Shown piece by piece: positions 1 through 11,216 of a DNA stretch of 64,000 bases. How positions within the stretch are numbered: position 1 is the first letter of the stretch; each line of letters starts with the position of its first letter. The notes beneath the pieces are model-generated. The model was not told the origin of the DNA, did not search any database, and saw only the letters and a program-made list of their open reading frames with translations. The position numbers and the translations under genes were made by a program. This DNA comes from Eledone cirrhosa (taxonomy: Eukaryota), in NCBI GenBank assembly GCA_964016885.1, contig OZ024741.1, forward strand, positions 21,018,001-21,082,000, written 5' to 3'.

Positions 1-10
1 GTGTAGAGAC

Positions 11-1720
11 CTACCTTTCTGCTTCCCGGGGTTCGGATCGCACGACTTCCATGGGGTCGGGGGTGTTGGGTTAAGGGGTGTCTTGTGGTGGTGTGGGGTC
101 GTCAGTGTGTGGTGGGGTTGGGGTGTTTGGAGTTGTGTTGGGGAGGGGAAGGGGAGGGGGAAAGCTTTTTAGGAGGACGCGGTTTATGGGTTTGACAGAG
201 GGTGGTCCTACGTCCTCCTTAAAATCCTTTTTTAGTTTTTGGTAGAGGTTCATTGGGATCTTTATTAATTTTAAATGTGGGTAGTTTTCTGAAGAAACAA
301 AGTTTACCCCTTCGGTTTGTACCGAAGGGTTATTGTTTATGAGTTCATTTAATTTATTATTGTTTCTGTTGATGTAAGTATAGTGTAATGTCTTTTTTTA
401 GGATGGTGTGAGTGTTTCGAAGAGGGGAGGGGCAGGTTTTGTTTTGTTTGTTGCTGGAGGGGTGTTTTGTGTTTTGTTGGATTGTGTTGACATTTGGGTA
501 GGGGCTGTTTGGCCTTGTGTGTTTTGCACATGTTTTCTTTTTTTCCTTTTAATCTGTCTGAAGGACTCCGTTTCTTCCTCCGAATTCGTTGGGTTATCTT
601 CAGTGTTGGAGGGAATAGGTATGTTTGCTGGTAATGTTTCCGTGTTGGTTTTCTTTGTGGGGGAGATGGGTGTCACTATGTTAGACTGTGTTGTGTGTTG
701 TGGCTGCGGTGGCTGTGTTGTTTTATTGAGTGAGGGGTTGGGTGGGACTGTGTTTTGTTTTTGGGTAATGTGTTGTGTCTGTTTGTGTTGTGGTGGTGGT
801 GTAGTTTTACTGAGGGACGGGTTGGGTGGGACTGAGTTTTGTTGTTTGTTTATCTGTTGTGGTGGTGGTGGAGCTGGTGGTGGTAGCAGGGTTTTCTTCT
901 TGTTGAGTTGGGGACAAGCCGCCTTCAGGTGCTCTCTGCCTGCACAGATATGACACGACGGCCTTCTCCCCTCCACGCTAATGTTTATATATCCGTGGTC
1001 CTCTAATAGGATTCTGTCGGGTATTTGGGCAATGCGTTCAGGCTTCATTTGCACTACAAGTTCTATACCTGTTCCACTGAACGCATTGCCTGTGGTTTTC
1101 CCAATGGAAATCACGTTGTCATTCGCTGGATCGATGAAGCCAGCTATGAGCCAGCAGTAGTCCACATCTGGCATCATCGCATCCAGCCATATGCGCTGAG
1201 TTCTTTTACCCATATAAGATGGATAAAAGGTAAAATGTGTCGAACGAATCGGCGACAAAGCATATTTTTTTGCCGCTGATTCGTTCTTCATAATAATGGC
1301 TAGGCTTCCATACAGCCTGTCTCTTCTTATGAAAGTGGCTTCATTAAGTACTTCTGTAAGTACTGCTTTAATTTCTGCTTGTGTTGGTTGTTGAGGTTTT
1401 TTTGAGATGTTGTTGATGGTGCGGAAAACGATCGTCCGACTTTCAATATCTTTGGTGAGTTCTTGGGGCATTTTTACCGATAAGGTTCCATTTTCCCCTT
1501 GAGTTATGTATTGTTTGGCGTTTTTTATTCTTTGTGCCACATCTGAAATATTTTCAGGTATATATGTTAAAGATTTTTTTGTTGTTTGTGCAAATGAAAT
1601 ATTATTGGTGTTGACTTTGTCGTCTGTTTTGCTTTCTGTTATGATGTTGTTTTCAAATGTTATTTTTGTGTTTGTTGTTTCTTTGTTTGTGGTATTAATA
1701 TTGTCATGCAATTCTTTCAA
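11..1720 (-). pseudogene. ORF1 (gag-like nucleic-acid-binding protein) of copy A with two in-frame stops
   Basis: CCHC knuckle CHICAGREHLKAAC. ORFs 398..1720 and 71..253 are in the same frame. Reading through the stops at 398-400 and 71-73 gives ...PMEVVRSEPREAER* (stop 11-13), matching the copy C end QMEIEQPDLQETKR*. Confidence 0.82.
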
Positions 1721-1970
1721 ATTTTTTTTTTGTTGGAATCAATCTCCAGATTTGTGTTTTTGTCATTTTTCTCCGCACATTCATCTGTTTTTATTTTATT
1801 TTTTCTTTCCTTCTCTATGACGTTAGTTGGGAAGGAAAGGGGGGGGGGGCTAAAGCGTGCAAGCTTACAACTCTTACCGCTGTCCCCCCACCACTATTTT
1901 CGTTAGCTTCGTTTAACATTTCTGCCAGACGATTGAAATTTTATGCCACAAAATTTTTAAAAACAGGTTT

Positions 1971-2038
1971 TTCACCCCTGGGAGGGGCGAAGATGAGCTG
2001 ACCCACCGCCTGACAGTTCAGACGGGGGGTCAAGCTAC
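1971..2038 (-). promoter_or_regulatory. Double stem-loop in the 5' UTR of Tx1 copy A
   Basis: ttcacccct/aggggcgaa stem plus agctgacccaccgcctga/tcagacggggggtcaagct stem. Equivalent hairpins occur in B (7265-7333) and C (13143-13210). Confidence 0.55.
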
Positions 2039-2148
2039 ACAATAGTATCAAAATTAAAATTAAACTTACAAAATTTCCGCAATAAATTGGAACAAAACTT
2101 CTGCGCGAAGTGAATTACGTCTACGCTGTCGAACAGACGACAGCTAGT

Positions 2149-2215
<67 letters not shown>
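2149..2215. repeat. (GATA)n microsatellite between copy A 5' end and copy B 3' end
   Basis: Direct reading of the sequence. Confidence 0.98.
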
Positions 2216-2481
2216 TGTTTCTTTTATTTGCCACCAGGGCATCAAAAGTGGGACAAGTACAATGGGGGAAGTTTACAAAACAAGGCGTCCTCAATAAGGA
2301 GGAGGCAATAACAAAATATAAAAATAAAATAAAATATAACAAAAAATAAAATTTATAACAAAATCCTCAATAGAGAGGAGGCGCCTTGGGGGGTCGCACC
2401 CCCCCCCCCGAAAAAAGTGTGCCACCCTTCTCCTCAGGAGCACAGAGAGGGTGTACTCCCTCGTTCCTTCCTCTTTTCCAC

Positions 2482-5400
2482 CTACAGGCTCATGTAAAGA
2501 GAAGGCCCATTCACACGGGCCATTCTCGCCACTTTCACCTACCTTTCATAAAAACGACTGGGGTGGAGCACCTCTCTCTCCATCCTGATCCTTCTTCCGA
2601 AATGATATCGGAAGAAACGGACCAGTTGTTGGCCAGAGAGAAAGGTGCCTGACCTCAGTCCTTTCAGACGCGTCCACCATACAACTTCTTTCACCATGGC
2701 TATTACGCACAGAAACACCGCCTCTCCTTCATCTTTGAAGGGGGGAGGTGGCTTGATCATTACAATAGACTCGGTGGTCAACTGGATAGGTCCCACCCTT
2801 GACAGCAGTTGTTCGACATAGCCCCACAGATCGGCTACGCCCGAGCAGTGTACCAATGCGTGTGCAACGGTTTCCTCGTCGCACACGCATCTGGGACAGA
2901 TCTTTTTGGCGGGGTCCCTACCCGGGCGCCCGTGTCTGTAGAGCTTTTCTCGAACGGGTAGAGCCCCTCGGTAGCACTGCCAGGCCAGGGACTTCTGGAA
3001 GTTGTCCATAGGTCCCGGGCTGAATGTCCTACCGAACAGGCTGGCCAGTTCGTCCTCCTCCATGTCTATGGCTTCTCCGAGGGCGTCGTCGCACCTGCTG
3101 CGTACCAGCCCTCTATAGAATGTTGCGGTGGAGTCTCCACTGATAACCGGATCCGCCTGCCAGAGGGCGGTGAGCGCATGGGCACACTCAGTGTGCCAGG
3201 CGCCCAGTTTTCTCGGTCTTTGCTTGACCCAGGATTGCAGCTCGGTGAGTGAGACGAGTCTGGGAAAGGTTCGTCTCACAAACGAGGCCCACACCGGTTG
3301 ACCGGTGAGGAATACGTAGAGGTGCCGTAGCCTTAATGCGTGTTTACGCATCATTAGCCACGGCATCCCCAGCCCTCCTTTCGAAGGGTGTTGACAGCAG
3401 ATGGATCTCCACACCATAGGAGCCCGCCTCTTCCAAAGGAATTGGAAGAGCGCGCGCTCCATCTTGGCGAGGGTTTCCCTTGGACAGGGCACTACGGTCA
3501 GGCGGTAGTAGATGACGGACGCTATATAAGTGTTCGCCACCTCCGCCCGACCTTTCAGGGATAGTTTGCAACTGGCCCACTTCTGGGTCAGTGCAAACAC
3601 CCTGTTCGTAACCTCCGCCCAGTTTTTCTCCACCTGGGGGTCCGGTCCGAACCAGACCCCGAGCAACTTCACCGGGCCCTCCGTCCAGCGTCCGAAGACG
3701 CCATCGGAGGGCATGGGTCTGCCCCTCCACGTGCCGAGTTGCAAACCGATCGACTTGTTCCGGTTCAGCTTAGCCCCTGTGAACCTTTCGTACTCCTCCA
3801 GTAAGGTGCCGACCGCCTCGATTTCGGAGGCCGTCGACACCATTACTGTCACGTCATCGGCGTAGGCTGACACCGCTTTCCGCAATCCCGGTTCCAAAGG
3901 GATGCCCTGCAACAACTCCAACTTCCGCAGTAGTGGCTCGAGAGTCAACACATACAGAAGGGAGGAGAGAGGGCACCCTTGTCGGATGGACCGCGCGATT
4001 TTGAACGGCTCCGAGAGGTAGCCGTTCACCTTGACCCTAGAGCAGATGCGGCTGCTGTGCATAGCAGTGATCCAGCCCCTGAAAACGGGTCCGAAGCCTG
4101 CCGCCGCTAGCACCGCATCCAGGTAACCATGGTCGACCCTATCGAACGCCTTAGATTGATCCAAGTTGATCAGAGCCCCACCAAAGCCGGGTTCGTTCCC
4201 AACCCTCTCTATGATGTATCGCATGAGGTGGAGGTTGTCATGGATGGACCTGGACGGGATAGCGCATGTCTGCGCATCTCCCACCAGGTTGCCCACGACA
4301 AGCGCCAACCTCTTTGCTAGCACCTTGGCCAAAATCTGTAACTCTGTATTTAGCAGAGTTATGGGCCTGAAGTTACTTATTTCGTCCCCTTGTTCTCGTC
4401 CTTCCTCACTAGCGTGACTATGCCCTTGGTCACAGTACAGGGAATTCTCCCGTTCTCTTGCCAGTTGCAGTAGATCGCCTCGAGGAGATCGGGGAACAAG
4501 TCCGGCATAGCTAGATATAATTCGTAAGGAAGACCATCGAGACCCGGGGATTTGCGTTTGCCGCATTGGCTCAGCACGTCCTCTATCTCAGCGGCCGAAA
4601 TCGGCTCCTCGCAGGACTTCGCCTCCCTGTCCGAGAGACGCGGCAGGCCGTCGATGTATGGACCGAAGTCCACGTTGCCAACCGGCTCCCCGCCCCTCCC
4701 GAACAGTCGGGAAAAGTGCCTTTGAAAGGCCTCACACATCTTCTTAGGCTCAAGAATCGCCCGTCCATCCAGGTCTCGCAAAGACCGGATGGTGGATTTA
4801 GTTCCACTGTTGGCCTCTGTCACGCGGGCCCAGCTAACAGCTTTGGTCCCCTCGTTCCCTAGAGCACGTATTTTACTTCGGACAACGCAGCCTTCGTGCT
4901 TCGCGTCGAAAAACCGTTCTCGACGCTAGCACTCTGGCCACGTCGCCGCTTCTAATTGCCTCTTCTACTCTATCTATTAGCTCCCTTTCCTTCCTATTCC
5001 TATCCGCAGCTAGAACCCTACTAAATTCTATCGAGACTACTCTAATCTCTCTCTTTAGAGATACCCACCACCTGCTGTTGACGATCGCTCCAGTCAACCG
5101 TTCCTTAACTAACGTACTAATCCGATCCCTGTAAGCTCTACTTGCCGGCAAGGACAAGTTGAGCTTCCAGTAACCGGGGCCCTGTCTATGCGTTCTATCA
5201 AGGTTGCCCATTCAGGTCACCAACTTGTGGTCTGAATAGCCAACCATGAGCATTTCTGGACAACTTAAAAAGTCCCTGTCCTTATTTCTAACTAAAAATC
5301 TATCTAGGTACGACCTAGATGATCCGCTGCGATTTGACCAAGACCAGGTTGGCACCGTCGGAAAATCTAGTCGAAATCTATCGGCCAGGTCAAATCGGCC

Positions 5401-5560
5401 GAGTAACCCCTTGAGGCTGTTGCACCCCTCTCTATCGGGACATGCCCCTGCATAGTCCCAACGTGCATCCAGGATACCATTCCAATCCCCCACTAAAAGC
5501 AGGGAACGGGACGTCCCTAGAAAAGACTCCAGACGCTGGAAAAAGTCGGGCCGCTCTGTC
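2482..5560 (-). pseudogene. ORF2 (APE endonuclease-reverse transcriptase-zinc finger) of copy B, broken into several frames
   Basis: Pieces 5212..5560, 4873..5211, 4377..4823 and 2539..~4420 align in order to copy C ORF2. There is a premature stop at 2539 (W in copy C) and the APE N-terminus is deleted. Confidence 0.9.
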
Positions 5561-5573
5561 GGGGGGGGGGGGG

Positions 5574-7216
5574 TGAAAATTTTTAGGAGGACGCGGTTGA
5601 TTGGTTTGGCGCAGGGGGGGCCCACGTCCTCCGTGAAATTTATTTTCAGTGTTTTGTACAAGTGCATTGGGACTTTTATCATTTTTAAATGAAGTAGTCC
5701 CACAGCAGTTATAAAGTTAGGCCCTTCAGTTTGGACCGAAGGGTTTGCTGAAATTGTTTTCAGTAGTTCTTTGTTGTCTGTGTTCATGTATGTATATTGT
5801 AAGGTCTTTTTTTGTGTAGCAGTTAGTGTTGTGTGACAGGGAGGGGTGGTTTGTGTGTAGTTTGTGTTCTCTTGGGGGGGGGGGGTAAAGTTAACATGTG
5901 TGTCTGTGGTGCGTCTCCTCTTCTTTCTTTTTACTTGTTGGAAGGGATCTTTTTCGTCTTGCGACGAAAGGGGTTCGTCTTCCTTGTTGGGTGGGAGGGG
6001 TATGTTTTCTGGTAGTGTTTGCGGTGTGTGTTTTTGTATTTGTTTTGGGTGGGGAGGGATTGGGTGGGACAGTATTCTGTGTTATTTTTTCACGTGTTTG
6101 TTGTTGTTGTTGTTGTGGTGGTGGTGGTGTTGTTGGTTTTTGTTGTTGTTGTTGTTGTGGTTGTTTTTGTTGTTGTTGTTGGGGTGGTGTTGGTGTTGGT
6201 AGGAGTGTTTTTTTTTGTGTGAGCTGGGGACAGGCAGCCCTCAGGTGACCTCTATTGCCACAGAGGTAACAGGAGGGGCGCCTACCCTCCACAATAATGT
6301 TGAGGTGGGTACGGTCATCCAGCATGACGCGCTCAGGGATTTGGGCGATACGTTCTGGCCTTATTTGGGTCAGAACTTCGATGCTCGTTCCACTGAACGC
6401 GTCGCCGGATGCCTTCCCTATTGAAACGAGGTTGTCCTCGTCTAAATTGAGGAAACCGGTTAGTAACCACCAGTAGTTTATGTTTGGGGTGATGGTGGTT
6501 ATCCATATCCTCTGGGTTTTTTTACCCATGTAGGTGGGGAAGAAGGTGTAGTGTGTGGAACGAATTGGCGACACAGAGTATTTTTTCGCCGCCAATTCGT
6601 CTTTCATCAATATGGATAAACTCCCATAGAGTTTATCCTTTTGTATTAAAGTGATGTCTTTCATCGCTTCTTTCAGTACTAACTGAATTTCAGCTTGAGA
6701 TGGTTGTGCTGGTTTTTTTGTTTTATTTAAAATTGTACGGAATACGACAGTTCGTAATTCCGTCTGTTTTTTTAGTTCTGGAGGTGAATGTATAGAAAAC
6801 GAACCGTTTTCGCCAAAAGATACATAATTCTTGGCTTTTTCCAGCATTTCTTTTGCTTTTGAAATATCTTCCAGCACATACGTGACTGATAATTTAGCCG
6901 TTTGTGCAAAAGATATTTTGTTTTCGTTGTTGGTGTTTGTATTGTTTTGTTTCTCGTCGTTTGAGTTGTTTTCATCTTTGTTGTTGTTGTTGTCTTTATT
7001 GTTGCTGTTGTTGTCGTTGTTGTTGCTGTTGTTTTCAATTTCTTGTATAGTTGTGGCTACATCTAGTGGTCGGTCAACAGGTGAAGACAATTCTTCCTCT
7101 CTCTGACCTCTGCCTTTGGCATCTGCTGCTGTGACAGTGGCAGGGGGAAGCTGTGAGTATGACTTCCCCTTTCCTTCTTTGATTGATGGTGAAGATGCTT
7201 CAGCCATTTTTATCAA
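5574..7216 (-). pseudogene. ORF1 of copy B (frameshifted in the low-complexity linker)
   Basis: CYLCGNRGHLRAAC knuckle in 5891..7216. The conserved C-terminal block NPSVQTEG...KPINRVLLK lies at 5574-5787 in another frame. Confidence 0.82.
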
Positions 7217-7429
7217 AATAGGGTTTTTCGAAGTTTTTCGAAAGATAAAATGTTTACAATACTATTTCGCCCAAAGGCGCAGAATATTTTGAGAGACCGA
7301 CCAGATCAAAATTTGACCTGGCAGTCCCTCTACAAAATGGTACAAAAATGAAAGTTTACAGATTACAATTTCCGGATGAATTTAAACAAAACTTACCGAG
7401 CGAGCTCAGCACATGTGTCCATCGTAAAG

Positions 7430-7513
<84 letters not shown>
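7430..7513. repeat. (GATA)n microsatellite between copy B 5' end and copy C 3' end
   Basis: Direct reading of the sequence. Confidence 0.98.
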
Positions 7514-7747
7514 TTCTTTATTAGCCACAAGGGCGCAACAAGAAAAGGGGACAATACAAAGACATGCCGGGGATTTTACATACAGTCGTGTAAAAAATAT
7601 AAAAACAAACAATTTCAACAATCGAAATCCCCAATAGGGGGGAGGCGCCACAAATGGGTTGTTTAATACCCCGTCGATAGAACAACCCTCAACTCCGGGA
7701 GCGTGTTGTGCAAGTGCTCCTTTCTTCCTTTTGCTCTCTTCCTCAAC

Positions 7748-10700
7748 CTACAGGCTTATAAACAGAGAAGGCCCAATCACTCGGGCCATTTTCGCTTCAT
7801 TCACCCACCTTTCAGTAAATATACTGGGGTGCAGTGCCTCTCTCTCCACCCTGATTCTCCTTCTAAAGTGATACTTAAAGAACGGAATCAATTGTTGTCC
7901 GGAGAGAAAGGCATCTGTCCTCAGTCCTCTCAACCTCGTCCACCATATAACTTCTTTCACCATGGCCACCGTACAGAGGAAAACCGCCTCTCTTTCGTTT
8001 TTGAAAGAGGCTGGCGGTTTGATCCTTACTATGGACTCGGCAGTCAACTGGATTTGTCCCATACGCGACAGCAGTTGTTCTGCATAGTTCCACAGGTCGC
8101 TTACGCCCGGGCAGTGTACAATTGCCTGCAGAACTGTTTCAATGTCCTGCGCACATCTTGGACACGTCCTCTTGGAAGGATCCCTGCCAGGGCGTCCGTG
8201 CCTGTAGATCTTGTCACGAACCGGTAGAGCTCCTCGGTAGCACTGCCAGGCCAGGGACCTCTGGAAGTTGTCCATAGGTCCCGGGCGGAAAGTCCTACCA
8301 AACAGACTGGTGAGCTCATCGTCTTCGAAGCCCAGAGTCTCTCCGAGCACGTCGTCGCCCTTGTAACGTACAATCCCTCTATAGAATGTCGAAGTGGAGT
8401 CTTCACTGATTGCTGCGCCCGCTTGCCAGAGGACTGTGAGCGCCTGAGCGCATTCAATGTGCCAGGCGCCCATCGTTTTCGGTCTTTTCTTGACCCAGGA
8501 CTGCAGCTCCGTTAGCGAGACGAGCTGTGGGAAAGCCTGTCTCACAAACGGTGCCCACACCGGTTGGGGGTCGGTGAGGAATACCTGGAGATGCCGCAGC
8601 CTCAGCGCATGTTTGCGCATCATCAGCCACGGCATTCCCAGCCCTCCGTTGGAAGGGTGCTGACAGCAGACGGATCTCCTCACCAGCGGAGCCTGCTTCT
8701 TCCACAGAAACTGGAAGAGCATGCGTTCCATCTTGGCTAGGTGTTCACGGGGACAAGGCACGACAGTCAAGCGGTAGTAGATGACGGACGCTATAAAGTG
8801 TTCGCCACCTCCGCTCGACCTTTCAAGGACAGTTTGCACTCTGCTCACTTCTGAGTGAGTGCAAACACCTTGGTCGTGACCGGTTCCAGTTTTTCTCCAC
8901 CTGGAGGTCTAGACCGAACCAGACCCCGAGCAATTTCACCGGTCCGTCCGTCCAGCGTCCAACGACGCTGTCGGATGTCATCGGTTTGCCTCTCCACGTA
9001 CCGAGTTGCAAACCGACAGACTTGTCTGGGTTTAGTTTTGCTCCCGTCAGCGTTTCGTATTCTTTCAGTAAGTTGCAGATCACCCCGATTTCCGATGTGC
9101 TCGACACCATTACCGTTACGTCGTCGGCATAAGCCGACGCCGCTTTGCGCAGTCCCGGTTCTAGGGGGATGCCCTGCAACAGCTCCAATTTCCGCAGTAG
9201 TCAATACATACAGAATGGAGGAGAGAGGGCATCCCTGTCGAATGGAACCCGTGATTGCGAACGGCTCCGATAGGTAGCCGTTCACCTTGACCCTCGAGCT
9301 AGTGTGCATCGCCTCGATCCATCCTCTGAACACAGGACCGAAACCGGCCGCCTTGAGAACCGCTTCCAAGTATCGATGGTCGACCCTATCGAATGCCTTA
9401 GACTGATTCAAGTTGATCAGAGCCCCACCTAAGCCGGGTTTACTACCCACCCTCTCTATGATGTATCGCATGAGGTGGAGGTTGTCGTGTATGGACCTGG
9501 TTGGGATTGCACAAGTTTGCGCTTTCCCTACCAGGTTCTCGACGACAAGCGCCAACCTCGTCGCTAGCACCTTGGCCAAAATCTTTAACTCTGTGTTGAG
9601 CAGAGTTATGGGCCTGAAGTTGTTAATTTCGTCCCCCTTGTTCTCGTCTTTCCTGATCAGCGTTACTACGCCCTTGCCTGCAGAACTGGGTATTCTCCCG
9701 TTCTGCTGCCAATTGCAGTAGACGGCTTCGAGGACGCCAGAGAACAAGTCCGGCATGCCTATGTAAAATTCGTAGGATAGACCATCTAGACCGGGTGACT
9801 TGCGTTTCCAGCAGCGGCCCAGAGCGTCCCGTATCTCAGTGTCCGTGATCGGTCTTTCGCAGAACTCGGCGTCCGTGTTCGAGAGACGCGGCAGGCCGTC
9901 GAGGTATGAACTAAAGTCCATTGCCCCGTTCGGCTCACCGTCGTTCTGCTCAAACAGTCGCGCAAAGTGCCGCTGAAAGGCCGCGCACATTTGCTTGGGG
10001 TCAAGTATCACGCGTCCGTTTTGGTCTTTCAAAGACCGAATCGTGGACTTGTTGCCACTTTTTGCCTCCGCCACTCGCGCCCAGCTGACAGCTTTCGCTC
10101 CTTCGTTTCCCAGAGCACGTGTTTTGCTTCTGACCACGCAGCCTTCGTGTTTCGCATCGAAGAACTGGTCCAGTGCCGTTCTCGACGCTAACACTCTAGC
10201 CGCGTTGTCACTTCTAAGTGCCTCCTCTACCTTGGCTATTAGTTCTCTTTCTATTCTGTTTTTCTCTAAGGCTAACTCTCTGCTATACCCTATCGATTCT
10301 ATTCTAATTGCTTTCTTGAGAGAGTACCACCATCTATTGATGTCGATGGCTCCCGTTAACTGTTGCTCGACTAGTCTACTTATCCGTTCACTGTAAGCTT
10401 TACGTGCCGGCAACGACACGTTCAGCTTCCAGTATCCGAGACCCTGTCTATGTATTCTATCACGGTTGACTAAGCAGACGACTAACTTGTGATCTGAATA
10501 GGCAACCATGTGCATTCGTGGACAGCTTAACATATCCTTGTCCCTTTCTCTAATGAAGAACCTATCTAAATACGATCTAGATGTCCCACTGCGGTTTACC
10601 CACGTCCACTGTGGTGCAGTCGGGAAATCCAGTCGATACCTATCGGCCAGTTGGAATTGGCTGATTAAAGTTTTGAGGCTGTTGCACCCCGCTCTACTGG

Positions 10701-11175
10701 GACATGCTCCCACATAGTCCCATCGTGCATCTAGGATACCATTCCAGTCCCCCACTAAAAGTAAGGAGCGAGACGTTCCCAGAAAAGACTCTAGACGCTC
10801 AAAGAAGTCTGGCCGTGATTGCGATTGCCCGGTCGGGGCATAAACGGCCACCAGTCTGAAGGCTCCACCTCCGATACTGTTCACGTCTAGGACTACCAGT
10901 CTACCCTCCGGGTCCAAGTGTACTTGCTGTACTCCGACGTCCAGGTTCTTACGAAACATAACAGCCCCTCCACCTCCACCTCCTGGCTGACAGAGAGATG
11001 CGTAGATCTCAAAGTCGTCGAAGATGGGGGTTAGTTGCTGCCTGTTGTGGATCCTGGACTCGGTGATGGCTATCACATCCATACTGTGTGACCTAAGGTC
11101 GTTTAAAAGTTGGCCGTGTTTCCAGGACATCCCTAGGCCACGCACATTCACGGTTCCAACTCGTAAACCAGCCAT
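7748..11175 (-). pseudogene. ORF2 (APE-RT-zf) of copy C with frameshifts near 9200 and 8790-8880
   Basis: NVRGL, ITES, VYAP, GDWN, SYLDRF, SDH (APE). NFRPITLLNTELKILAK, KAFDRVDH, RQGCPLS, YADD (RT). CPRCAQDIETVLQAIVHC at the C-terminus. ORF pieces are 8845..11175, 8823..9188 and 7748..8848. Confidence 0.93.
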
Positions 11176-11216
11176 GTTGGTGAAGAAAAGTTGGAGAAAA
11201 AGGACGAAAGGTGCAC

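Larger units (their letters stand above)
1..2148 (-). mobile_element. Tx1/L1-clade non-LTR retrotransposon copy A (5' UTR + ORF1; continues beyond the left edge of the window)
   Basis: ORF1 is homologous to those of copies B and C, which carry APE-RT ORF2. The 5' end abuts (GATA)n at 2149. Confidence 0.88.
2216..7429 (-). mobile_element. Tx1/L1-clade non-LTR retrotransposon copy B (both ends present, internally deleted, frameshifted)
   Basis: ORF1 with CCHC knuckle. ORF2 remnants carry APE (GDWN, YLDRF, SDH), RT (NFRPITLLN, KAFDRVDH, RQGCPLS, YADD) and C-terminal CPRC..H..C. The 3' end reads GTGGCAAATAAAAGAAAC then (TATC)n. Confidence 0.93.

Noticed and set aside
408-953. Cys/Val/Gly-rich plus-strand ORFs (also 5864-6248, 11425-11802)
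   Set aside because: They are antisense shadows of the P/T/Q-rich ORF1 linkers.
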